Sequence record: SRR2962707_4511
Length of the DNA stretch: 34,608 nt
Reading direction: 5' to 3' (one strand)
Both the position numbers and the translations under genes were made by a program. Below are positions 25,544 to 34,471 of the stretch, piece after piece; position 1 is the stretch's first letter, and the number at the start of each line of letters is the position of its first letter. The notes below the pieces were generated by a model that searched no databases, was not told the DNA's origin, and saw nothing but the letters and a program-made list of their open reading frames with translations.

Positions 25544-27484
25544 ATGTCCATACGTTTTTTCAAACACCTCGTGACCAGTCGTCTGTTGCGGCCGGTGTTC
25601 ATTGTGCTTCTGGTTGCTGGCCTGATACAGGTCGTTGTCAGCCAATGGTTGATATCGAACCAGGTTGAGCGGCTGGTCGAAACCGCAGGCACCGCGCTGG
25701 AAGCCAGCAGCAATAATGTCAGCGCCTCGTTTGGTGAAACCCGGGAAGATGTCCGGGGCCGGCTTGAGCGCATGCGCCAGAAAACCACCGACGAACTTTC
25801 CGCGGAACTCACCCGCCAGCAGACCGAGCAGCAGGAGCGTGTGGCCGGTAATGTTCGTACAGCCGTTATGGCGGAAGCCCAGGGGCTTGCCGAGGTGCTG
25901 GCTGCCGTCGCTGCGCCTCTGATCTGGGATCGTGACATCCCCCGCCTGACCGATCTGGTGGAACTGGCCGATGCCCGGGAGTCTGTTCTGTTTGCGATTT
26001 ACTACGATCAGTACGGTGAACGTCTGACCCGCTATGTGGATCGCACGGACGATCGTGTTCGCACTCTTATGGAGCAGGGGGAAGGTCGTGGTGCTGCAAA
26101 TCGGGTCCTGGATGCTGCCAGCCGGGATCCCGATGTGGTGATCATCAGCGCGGATATTGCGCCACAGGGTTCGGCCATCGGCGAGCTGAAACTTGGGTTG
26201 TCGCTTGAGGGCATCAATCGTGACCTGACTCAGCTAGAGGCGGAATTCGGAGCAACCATTGCGGGCAGTATTGATGCGCTCAGGGAGACACTTGGCACCG
26301 AAACGGAGCAGGTAAACCAGCGGTTACAACAGCAGCTCGCAGCCATGGATACAGAAACCCGCACGAGCATGGAAAACACCGTGCAGGCATTGAATGACGA
26401 AGCCGAGAGCCTGTCCACCAAGCTGTCTCTTCTGGCGGTGGTGTCGGTCGTAACCCTGGTTGTGCTTGTGGCTCTGGTACTGGGTGGCGGCGTACTGCCC
26501 AGGGTTTACCGCCTTAGCCAGGCGATCTGGGGGATTGCCGATGGCGAAGCCGATCTCACCCGGAGAGTCTCCCTTAAAGGCAATGACGAACTGACCGAAA
26601 TGGGGCACGGAGTGAACCGGTTTATTGCTCGGATCCAGGAACTGGTCTCCGACGTCAAGGTGTCGGCAGAGTCCGCCGCCGGCCAGGCGCAGGCCCAGCG
26701 GGATATCAGTCGCCGCGCCGTGGCCGCGGTGAATCGCCAGGAGCAGGGTGTCGCACAGGTTTCCGGCACCATGGAGATGATGTCGCGCAGCATTTCTGAA
26801 GTTGCCGGTGATGTGCAGGATATTGCCGGTGAAGTCCGGAATGTCAGCGCCGAAAGTGCGGCCACAGCGGAGATCTCCCGTGAAGTGCGTGATCGTCTCG
26901 ACAGCGTCGTGCGGAACGTTGAGCAAGCGGTCGCGGCGGTCAATCAGTTGGATACCCAGAGTAAAGAGATTGGCTCGGTACTGTCCGTGATCGGAGCTAT
27001 CGCGGAGCAGACCAACCTGCTGGCACTGAACGCCGCCATCGAAGCGGCGCGGGCTGGCGAGTCCGGTCGAGGGTTTGCGGTGGTGGCTGATGAAGTACGC
27101 ACTCTGGCCAGCCGAACCCAGGAGTCGACCACCGAGATTCAGGCCATTATCGAAAGGTTGCAGCAAGGCAGTCGTCAGGCCGTCAGCACCATTAACGATG
27201 TGTCCGGTCAGGTCGCGGAATCCTCAACGGAGTTCCACCGGGCCGACGAGCACTTCGACCGCATTAACCAACTGCTGGCCAGCCTTCAGCAGCGGGCCCT
27301 TGAGATCTCCGGGGTGGCGGAAGATCAGAGTGGGCACGCCAGCGAAGTCAGCGTCAGCGTGCGTGAAATTGCCGATTCCTCACGGGAAACCGTTGATTCC
27401 ATAACGCATTCGGACGAGGCCAGCGGTGAGATTGCAAGCACCCTGTCGGCCCTGCAAACAAAGGCATCCCAGTTCCGGGTCTAG
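25544..27484 (+). CDS. Methyl-accepting chemotaxis protein
   Basis: Two TM helices around a large periplasmic region, HAMP (ADLTRRV...DEL) and signalling hairpin [38 protein letters not shown] precedes ATG 25544. Confidence 0.95.
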   Translation: MSIRFFKHLVTSRLLRPVFIVLLVAGLIQVVVSQWLISNQVERLVETAGTALEASSNNVSASFGETREDVRGRLERMRQKTTDELSAELTRQQTEQQERVAGNVRTAVMAEAQGLAEVLAAVAAPLIWDRDIPRLTDLVELADARESVLFAIYYDQYGERLTRYVDRTDDRVRTLMEQGEGRGAANRVLDAASRDPDVVIISADIAPQGSAIGELKLGLSLEGINRDLTQLEAEFGATIAGSIDALRETLGTETEQVNQRLQQQLAAMDTETRTSMENTVQALNDEAESLSTKLSLLAVVSVVTLVVLVALVLGGGVLPRVYRLSQAIWGIADGEADLTRRVSLKGNDELTEMGHGVNRFIARIQELVSDVKVSAESAAGQAQAQRDISRRAVAAVNRQEQGVAQVSGTMEMMSRSISEVAGDVQDIAGEVRNVSAESAATAEISREVRDRLDSVVRNVEQAVAAVNQLDTQSKEIGSVLSVIGAIAEQTNLLALNAAIEAARAGESGRGFAVVADEVRTLASRTQESTTEIQAIIERLQQGSRQAVSTINDVSGQVAESSTEFHRADEHFDRINQLLASLQQRALEISGVAEDQSGHASEVSVSVREIADSSRETVDSITHSDEASGEIASTLSALQTKASQFRV

Positions 27485-27554
27485 CAGACCCGGACACGTT
27501 TCCAGAAACGATTCACGAAATTGTCATCTTTCCTGACTGGACAAATTGAAAATT

Positions 27555-27596
27555 TGGGATTATTTTCCCATTTAATTGTTTGGGAAAAATATCCCA
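27555..27596. promoter_or_regulatory. Tandem palindromic operator-like boxes TGGGA-N6-TCCCA (two copies)
   Basis: TGGGA-TTATTT-TCCCA (27555-27570) and TGGGA-AAAATA-TCCCA (27581-27596) in an AT-rich promoter region. A third copy lies at 29145-29160. Confidence 0.75.
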
Positions 27597-27653
27597 ATTA
27601 TTGTGGCGCTGAAAAATGCGCCGGATTCTGTCAAATCAGTCGGGAGAAGGAAG

Positions 27654-29084
27654 ATGAAGCGCAACGGACTTTCAAAAGCGATCAAGTTGGTTCTGGTTGG
27701 TACCTTGGCCGGCGGTCTGGCCGCCTGTGGTGGCGGTGGCTCCGGCTCCTCCGGTTCAGTGGGTGCGAGTGGCAATGCCGAGGGCACCAGCGTTGGTGCG
27801 GTGACCGGTTTTGGTAGCGTGTATGTCAACGGAACCCGGTTTGCGACCGATGGCAGCGTTAGCAGTGACGACGGCATCGAACGTGAGGGCCAGCTTGAAA
27901 AAGGCATGGTGCTGAAAATCAAAGGTGACTGGGACGAGCGGGGCCAGGGCCAGGCCGACGCTGTGTTCTATGACGATACCCTGAGGGGACCACTGGTTGC
28001 GGCAACCTGGGATGCCACCGCCAGCACCGGTCAGTTGGAGTTGCTGGGGCAGGTGGTTGTGCTTAACAACCAGACGGTATTCCGCGGAGCCACACCGGTT
28101 GAGCTTGCGGCCGCGCCTGCCAATTATCGGGTTCGGGTAAGCGGCTGGCGGCTGGATGACGGCAGCTTCCGGGCCAGCTTCGTGGGTGCGCGTCTGCTGG
28201 GCTCCGATTTTGACGATGTGAATGAGGCTGAACTTGAAGGCGTGGTCCAGAACCTGGATGAGCAGTTGCAGACCTTCACCATCAACGGTTTCACAGTGGA
28301 TTACACCAGCGCAGTCGCGGATGACGAATTCAGTCTGGACCAACTGGAGAACGGGCTTGCGGTTGAGGTGGAAGGTCAGCTCAACGCAGACGGCGATGTC
28401 CTGCTTGCCGAGGAAATTGATGATGAGGACGACCTGTTTGACGACAACGATGACGTTGAAATTTCCGGTGATATCTACGATTTCGATGCGTCTGCCCGCA
28501 CCTTCCGGATTAATGGCGTGCTGGTTCAGTTGAATGCTGAGACTGAGTTTGACGACATCAGCGAGGGCAGCCTTCAGGATGGCGTGTTCGTGAAAGTCGA
28601 GGGTGATTTCCGCAACAACACTCTGCTGGCGGAAGAAGTGGAAGGCCGGGAAGGCGATGCGGAACTGGACGGCATCATCCAGCAGATCGATCTGGACAAT
28701 GAGTTGCTGGTGGTCAGTGGCGTTCGCGTTCAACTCACCGCAAATACCCTGATCGACGACGATGACAGCGATAACGACCTGCGTAATCGGGTTGATGACA
28801 TCAACGCCTTCAGCGTTGGGGACTATGTCGAGGTGGAAGGTCGTCAGCGTACTGATTACCTCGAAGCTTTCACCATTGAGCGGGAAGACAGCGACGAAGA
28901 TGATAACTTTGAGCTGGAGGCCAGAATCGATGCCATTTCTGATATGTCACTGACCGTGATGAATCTGGAAATCTTGCTGAATGGCTTCAGCGTTGCGGGT
29001 CTTCAGGTTGGTGATGAAGCCGAGGTTGAGTACGACCAGACCATCGGCGGAGAGTATGTGTTGACCGCAAACCCCGAAAACTGA
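27654..29084 (+). CDS. Acidic DUF5666-repeat lipoprotein 1
   Basis: Lipobox LAA-C plus Gly/Ser linker, G.VTGFGSVYVNG, and repeated G-x-I...F-x-I-N-G...L-x-x-G-x-x-V-E-V-E-G...A-x-E-I units. Very D/E rich. Confidence 0.85.
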   Translation: MKRNGLSKAIKLVLVGTLAGGLAACGGGGSGSSGSVGASGNAEGTSVGAVTGFGSVYVNGTRFATDGSVSSDDGIEREGQLEKGMVLKIKGDWDERGQGQADAVFYDDTLRGPLVAATWDATASTGQLELLGQVVVLNNQTVFRGATPVELAAAPANYRVRVSGWRLDDGSFRASFVGARLLGSDFDDVNEAELEGVVQNLDEQLQTFTINGFTVDYTSAVADDEFSLDQLENGLAVEVEGQLNADGDVLLAEEIDDEDDLFDDNDDVEISGDIYDFDASARTFRINGVLVQLNAETEFDDISEGSLQDGVFVKVEGDFRNNTLLAEEVEGREGDAELDGIIQQIDLDNELLVVSGVRVQLTANTLIDDDDSDNDLRNRVDDINAFSVGDYVEVEGRQRTDYLEAFTIEREDSDEDDNFELEARIDAISDMSLTVMNLEILLNGFSVAGLQVGDEAEVEYDQTIGGEYVLTANPEN

Positions 29085-29092
29085 GGTTGAAG

Positions 29093-29133
29093 GACACAGG
29101 TTGCGGGGGATACCGCAACCTGTGTCTGGTTTT
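29093..29133 (+). terminator. Strong hairpin / probable terminator after DUF5666 gene 1
   Basis: GACACAGGTTGCGG-gggata-CCGCAACCTGTGTC, a 14-bp perfect stem followed by TGGTTTT. Confidence 0.7.
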
Positions 29134-29144
29134 CCGGGGCAAGA

Positions 29145-29160
29145 TGGGAATACAATCCCA
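29145..29160. promoter_or_regulatory. Third TGGGA-N6-TCCCA box, overlapping a -10-like TACAAT
   Basis: TGGGA-ATACAA-TCCCA ends 3 nt before ATG 29164. Confidence 0.75.
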
Positions 29161-29163
29161 AAC

Positions 29164-30009
29164 ATGACTGATGCCAAATCCAATCCCCTGCACCAAGCGC
29201 TGTTCCGCATTTTGCGCCCGATGGCCAGACTGCTGTTGCGCAATGGCGTACCGTTCGGCGAATTCTCTGAGCTGGTGAAAAGGGCGTATGTGGAGGCTGC
29301 GCTGGAGGATTTCTCTGACGGGCGCCGCAAACCAACCGATTCCAGAGCGGCAGTGATGACAGGCCTGACCCGCAAAGAAGTGCGAAAACAACGAGAGATA
29401 TTGGCGGGGCAAAGCCCGGTCAGCGAACGAACCTCTCATGCCAATCGCGCTTCGCGTGTGGTGTCCGGATGGGTGCACGATGAGACCTATCAGGCTGCGA
29501 ATGGCCAGCCCGCGGTGCTGGCATTCGAGGGCGCCGGGAGCTTCAGTGAGCTGGTTCGAAAATACAGTGGCGATATGACTCCCAGAGCGGTACTGGATGA
29601 GCTCCAGCGGGTGGGGGTAGTCGCGGTTGAGCCGGATAATGGGTTCCTGATCCTGAAACAGCGGGCGTATGTGCCGGCCGGAGACAGCGAAGAAATGCTC
29701 CAGATCTTCGGAGAGGACGTATCTGATCTTGTAGCCACTATTGATCACAATCTGGTGAGTCGGGATGTCGGGCGTGAGCCGCTGTTCCAGCGCACCCTGA
29801 CCTATAATGAAATACCACCAGAGGTGATTACTGCGTGGCGTGAACAAGCCGCAAGGCAGTCCCAGGCCCTGCTGGAAGATCTGGACAGCTGGTTAGGGCC
29901 TCACGACCGGGGAGTATCCGGCCAGGAGGGCGGCGAATCGGTACGGACCGGCGTCAGCATTTTCTATTTTGAAGAGCCGGTTCAGACGAACAAGAGCGGA
30001 GACGAATGA
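29164..30009 (+). CDS. DUF6502-like protein, predicted HTH DNA-binding regulator
   Basis: LRPMARLLLRNGV.F.EF.ELVKRAYV, HTH-like DSRAAVMTGLTRKEVRK, winged-helix-like SFSELV...PRAVLDELQRVGVV, and TIDHNL. Confidence 0.75.
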   Translation: MTDAKSNPLHQALFRILRPMARLLLRNGVPFGEFSELVKRAYVEAALEDFSDGRRKPTDSRAAVMTGLTRKEVRKQREILAGQSPVSERTSHANRASRVVSGWVHDETYQAANGQPAVLAFEGAGSFSELVRKYSGDMTPRAVLDELQRVGVVAVEPDNGFLILKQRAYVPAGDSEEMLQIFGEDVSDLVATIDHNLVSRDVGREPLFQRTLTYNEIPPEVITAWREQAARQSQALLEDLDSWLGPHDRGVSGQEGGESVRTGVSIFYFEEPVQTNKSGDE

Positions 30010-30407
30010 TGATGGCTCTTAATGTCCCGACCGGACAGCCCCCGCGCTGGCAAACCACCGAACTGGTCAGCATGCTGCTTTCACCGGGCGCCCGTCAGGT
30101 GGTGAGATACTGGCTGAGTTCCGAGCATTTCCTGGATGAGCAGAACCACCCGAGGGTGGTGCTTGCAACGCCCCATGAACCCCATTCCTTTGTTGACCTG
30201 GTGCAAATCGCCAACCCAAACCTGGTGCCTTCTGTCGTGCTTGCGGAACTGCTTCGAAAGGGCATTGTGGAAACCCTGGAGAGCGGTCACGTTCTGTTAA
30301 AGAGAAGCGCTTATGCTCCCTGGGGTGCTACCGGTTCACTGAGCCTGGGCAATTACGATGATTTTGTTGACATCGACAAGCTACGACGACGCCACAACGA
30401 CAGCTGA
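30006..30407 (+). CDS. Short paralogue of the central domain of the DUF6502-like protein
   Basis: Shares VVxxW, SFxxLV, PxxVLxELxRxGxV and LKxxAYxP with the upstream protein. ATGA overlap with its stop. Confidence 0.7.
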   Translation: MMMALNVPTGQPPRWQTTELVSMLLSPGARQVVRYWLSSEHFLDEQNHPRVVLATPHEPHSFVDLVQIANPNLVPSVVLAELLRKGIVETLESGHVLLKRSAYAPWGATGSLSLGNYDDFVDIDKLRRRHNDS

Positions 30408-30446
30408 CAATCAGTGGCGGGCCCGGATGGCCTGCAGGAGAGAACA

Positions 30447-31952
30447 ATGTTCAGAGCAGTAACGCTTCACAGAATGCTGAAACTGGCCGCCGCACCGATC
30501 GCACTCGGCGTGTTGAGTGCCTGCGGCGGCGGTGGCGGTGGTGGAGTCGACGTTGCCGACGGCGGCATCCGAGGCACTGGCTCCAGCGTTGGGCCGGTTT
30601 CCGGTTTCGGTAGCGTCTTCGTCAATGGCGTGAAGTTTGAGACGGATGGTCGCGTCAGCAGTGATGACGGCATTGAGCGTGAAGACCAGTTACAGGAAGG
30701 CATGATCCTGAGGATCGAAGGCGAGTGGCGGGTTGATGGCCGGGGGAATGCGGAGTCGGTCGAGTACGACGATACCTTCCGTGGGCGTGTGGACAATCTG
30801 ACTCAGATCCTGGATGCCGACGGTATGGTCGAATCGGTGCAGTTCACCATCTACGGACAGACTGTGGTTGCCGACCAGCAGACGGTGTTCAAGGACATTG
30901 CGCTTGAAACCCTGGCAGACGGCGCTTTCGTGCGCATCAGTGGCTGGCGTGAGCCGGACCCCAACGGCCGGTACCGGGCAAGCCACATTGGTTTGATGAC
31001 GCAGGACGAAACCAACGTAGAGATTGAAGGCCGCATTGACGAGGGTTCATTGCAGCTGAATCTGAATCAGTTCAGCATTAACGGGCAGTCGGTCTCTTAC
31101 ACTGACAGCGCGTTCGCCGGGTCGCTGACGGAAGCCGATCTGGCCGATCTTCTGCTGGTGGAGGCCGAAGGTACGATCTCCAATGGCGTATTGATTGCCC
31201 GGGAAATCGACGAAGGCGAAACCCGTCGCTACCGTCGGGGCTCCGGCGATGACATTGAGTTTTCAGGCCCTGTGAGCACCGACTACAACGCATCGACCCG
31301 ATCCTTCCACATCAACGGCCTGATCGTCTTTGTCGACGATAACACCGAGTTTGATGATGGCTTGTCGGCCTCGGATCTGACTGCCGGCATGCTGATACAG
31401 GTTGAGGGGGATTTCCAGGACAATGGCTCCGTACTGGCTGAAGAAATTGAAGCTCGGGAGGGCAACGCGTCAGTAGACGGTGTCCTCGACGTCAACACGC
31501 TCAACTTCAACGACCAGACCTTCCGGGTTGGTGGTGTGTTGGTGCAGCTCACGCCACGGACGATCATCACCGACGATGACAGCGATCTGCGCCTGAAACT
31601 GGCGGACCTGAACGGCAGTTATCAGATAGAAGTGGAAGGTATTGAGCGGCAGTCCGGCTCTGGCGTTGCGCTTGAAGCGATAAAGGTTGAGCGCAATGAG
31701 GAAGACAATGGGCCAGCGGCGGATCGTGACTATGAAAGCCAGGGTCAGCTCACGCAAGTCCAGGGGACCGTGTTTACGATCTTGGGAATTGATGTGCAAA
31801 CCACGATAAATACCCAGTTCGAAGGCACCAGCCGCGACGAGTTGATTGATGCCTTCGATGCCGGGCAGCGGCCGGTACTTGAAGTAGAGTATCGTGAGCC
31901 AACACCGGGCAACTTCGTGGCCGATGAAATCGAACTGGAAAGCGAAGACTGA
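30447..31952 (+). CDS. Acidic DUF5666-repeat lipoprotein 2
   Basis: Lipobox LSA-C-GGGG, GGIRGTG, GPVSGFGSVFVNG and SSDDGIERE shared with paralogue 1. AGGAG precedes ATG 30447. Confidence 0.85.
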   Translation: MFRAVTLHRMLKLAAAPIALGVLSACGGGGGGGVDVADGGIRGTGSSVGPVSGFGSVFVNGVKFETDGRVSSDDGIEREDQLQEGMILRIEGEWRVDGRGNAESVEYDDTFRGRVDNLTQILDADGMVESVQFTIYGQTVVADQQTVFKDIALETLADGAFVRISGWREPDPNGRYRASHIGLMTQDETNVEIEGRIDEGSLQLNLNQFSINGQSVSYTDSAFAGSLTEADLADLLLVEAEGTISNGVLIAREIDEGETRRYRRGSGDDIEFSGPVSTDYNASTRSFHINGLIVFVDDNTEFDDGLSASDLTAGMLIQVEGDFQDNGSVLAEEIEAREGNASVDGVLDVNTLNFNDQTFRVGGVLVQLTPRTIITDDDSDLRLKLADLNGSYQIEVEGIERQSGSGVALEAIKVERNEEDNGPAADRDYESQGQLTQVQGTVFTILGIDVQTTINTQFEGTSRDELIDAFDAGQRPVLEVEYREPTPGNFVADEIELESED

Positions 31953-31955
31953 GCC

Positions 31956-32549
31956 ATGAACCACCTCGCCCACACCTTCCTCGCACCGGACTCACCGGAG
32001 GCGAGAGTGGGCAGTATCCTCGGGGATTTCACCCGGGGACTGGACTGGGATCATGTGCCGTCGCCGGTGCTTGCAGGCGTGCGGCACCACCTGGCGGTTG
32101 ATGTATTCACCGATCAGCATCCGCAGGTGCTGGCCAGTAAAAGCCTGTTCTCAAGGGAGCGCCGGCGCTTTGCCGGCGTGGCTCTGGATATCCTCTATGA
32201 CCACTTCCTGCTCCGGCACTGGGAGCAGTTCAGTGACTGGGACAAAGATACCTTTATCCGGACCGTATACCAGGAACTGCAAAGCCACCAGGCGCTGATG
32301 CCCGAGAACATGGCGGTGGTGACCCGTCGCATGGTCGAGCATGACTGGTTTGGCGCCTATCAGGATCTGGACAACATCGGCTATGCCCTCGATCGCGTGG
32401 CCAGCCGAATCCGCTTTGCCAACCGGTTTACCGGCATCATCGACGAAATCCGGGCCAACGAATCGGAACTGGAGGAACATTTTCTGGCCTTCTTTCCGGA
32501 ACTTCAGGCCTTCGCCAACCGCTATCCGGAATCATCCCATCAGGCGTGA
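31956..32549 (+). CDS. acpH: Acyl carrier protein phosphodiesterase
   Basis: MNHLAH, LGDF, H..VDVFTD.HP and DILYDHFL motifs. Confidence 0.9.
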   Translation: MNHLAHTFLAPDSPEARVGSILGDFTRGLDWDHVPSPVLAGVRHHLAVDVFTDQHPQVLASKSLFSRERRRFAGVALDILYDHFLLRHWEQFSDWDKDTFIRTVYQELQSHQALMPENMAVVTRRMVEHDWFGAYQDLDNIGYALDRVASRIRFANRFTGIIDEIRANESELEEHFLAFFPELQAFANRYPESSHQA

Positions 32550-33497
32550 ACGGGCCTGCTGATACTCCGCTTCCAGACGCTGAACCAGTGCTTCAACCGA
32601 CACCACATCGTTAATCTGACTCACACCCTGACCGGCGGACCAGACGGTCTTCCAGGCCTTGGCCTCATCGTCCATGGGCTTGAGCTTCTCGCCGTAATTC
32701 ACATCGCCGGCCTGGTTCAGCTTCTGCATATCAAAGCCAGCGGCTTCCAGACTCTGGCGCATAAAACTGGCCGGTACACCGGACACCGCCGGGGTATGGA
32801 TGATATCCGCTGATACGGCTTCGATGATCATGTTCCGATAGGCATCCTCTGCCTCGGATTCCTCGGTATTGATAAACCGTGTCCCCATATAGGCCAGATC
32901 CGCCCCCAGTGCCTGGGCTGCCAAAAGATCCTCTCCGTGCGACAAACCGCCGGCCAGCAAAATGGTGCCATCGAACACCTCACGGATTTCATGCACCAGT
33001 ACAAACGGGTTGGTGGTACCGGCATGGCCACCGGCGCCGGCGCTGACCGCAATGATGCCATCCACCCCGGCTTCTGCCGCCTTGCGGGCGTGTTTCTGAT
33101 TGGTGACATCGTGGAACACCAGCCCACCGTAGCTGTGCACGGCTTCCACCACCTGACTGGCCGCGCCCAGGGAGGTAATGACAATTGGCACCTGATGTTT
33201 TACACAAAGCTCCAGATCCGCTTGCCAGCGCGGGTTGGTGCGGTGAACCACCAGATTCACCGCATAGGGCGCGGTTGTCGCGCTTGGTTGCTGCGCTTGC
33301 CATTGCGCCAGCTCGTCATTCATCTGTATCAGCCATTGCTCGAAACCCTCACTGCTGCGCTGGTTCAGGGCTGGAAAGCTGCCCACGATGCCGGCTTTGC
33401 AACAGGCAAGGGCCAGGCGGGGTGAGGAAATCAGAAACATGGGGGCGGCAATTAACGGAAGACGAAGCTGATTTTGGAGCTGTGCGGGAATTGGCAT
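32532..33497 (-). CDS. Nitronate monooxygenase-family FMN oxidoreductase
   Basis: APMFLIS, GAGGHAG, LGADLAYMGTRFI and WSAGQGV motifs. Confidence 0.9.
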   Translation of the reverse strand: MPIPAQLQNQLRLPLIAAPMFLISSPRLALACCKAGIVGSFPALNQRSSEGFEQWLIQMNDELAQWQAQQPSATTAPYAVNLVVHRTNPRWQADLELCVKHQVPIVITSLGAASQVVEAVHSYGGLVFHDVTNQKHARKAAEAGVDGIIAVSAGAGGHAGTTNPFVLVHEIREVFDGTILLAGGLSHGEDLLAAQALGADLAYMGTRFINTEESEAEDAYRNMIIEAVSADIIHTPAVSGVPASFMRQSLEAAGFDMQKLNQAGDVNYGEKLKPMDDEAKAWKTVWSAGQGVSQINDVVSVEALVQRLEAEYQQARSRLMG

Positions 33498-33620
33498 GTT
33501 GAGTCCTTGATTTTTATTGGAACTTTCTCAAGCTATGGGGGATCTTAGCCTGTTCCCGCAGAGCCGCGAAACCGGTTTTCTGAGATAGTGTGTAATTAAC
33601 CTCCAGACAAGGAGCCCGTC

Positions 33621-34349
33621 ATGGGTGAAGCAAAACGACGTAAGCAGACCGGCGCCCCCTCGCCACGCAACACGCAGGGCCGCAAATCACTGATCATCGT
33701 CCTGTCACTGGTGATTGGGGTGGCCGTCATTGCCGGCCTGTATTTCGTCACCAAACCACCGGCACCCAGCTCCGAGGCACTTCCCGTGGCGGCCCCCAAC
33801 GCCGACGAATTTCCTGCCATTGTTGACCAGTACGGCGTCTCCGTTGGCAACGAAGACGCGCCGGTTGTCGTCCGCGAGTTCGCCGACTACCAGTGCCCGG
33901 CCTGTGCCCGCTTCGCCGAAGCCAGCCAGCGCCTCAAGAAAGAATATGTGGAGTCCGGTAAAGTCCGTTTCGTCTATTTCGACCTGCCTCTGCGCCAGCA
34001 CCAGAACGCCATGCCCGCCGCCCTGGCCGCCCGTTGTGCGGGTGATCAGGACCAGTACTGGGCCATGCACGACAAACTCTACGGTTCCCAGTTGGACTGG
34101 AGTGGTTCCAACGATCCGACGGCCACCTTCACCCGCTACGCCAGTGACCTCGGCCTGGAAGAACGCCGCTTCCGTCGTTGCATGGAAACCGAATTGCACC
34201 GGGAAGCTGTCGAACAGAGCCTGCAAGTGGCTGTCCAGCTCCGGGTCGCCAGCACACCCACGGTCATGGTCGACAACATCCAGTTGACACGGCCCGGCTG
34301 GGGCCAGTTGTCGGCGGTTGTAGAACGGGAGTTGGCCAAAGCGGAGTAA
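33621..34349 (+). CDS. Membrane-anchored DsbA/thioredoxin-fold protein (BdbD/Com1-like)
   Basis: N-terminal TM helix, EFADYQCPAC active site, AARCA and cis-Pro STPT motif. Confidence 0.9.
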   Translation: MGEAKRRKQTGAPSPRNTQGRKSLIIVLSLVIGVAVIAGLYFVTKPPAPSSEALPVAAPNADEFPAIVDQYGVSVGNEDAPVVVREFADYQCPACARFAEASQRLKKEYVESGKVRFVYFDLPLRQHQNAMPAALAARCAGDQDQYWAMHDKLYGSQLDWSGSNDPTATFTRYASDLGLEERRFRRCMETELHREAVEQSLQVAVQLRVASTPTVMVDNIQLTRPGWGQLSAVVERELAKAE

Positions 34350-34471
34350 TGCGGCCATCCGCAACTTGCATCGGGGGCCTGGTTGATTAAACTTTGCCCC
34401 CTCGCGCCCACCGGCCGTGACAAATATCAAATCATGCTCCGGATTTACGATCCGGCCCGCAGGAGAAAACC

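Noticed and set aside
27555-27596. Tandem palindromes as a CRISPR or REP array
   Set aside because: Only 16-bp units with a 10-bp gap, no spacer array and no cas genes. Their positions fit operators.
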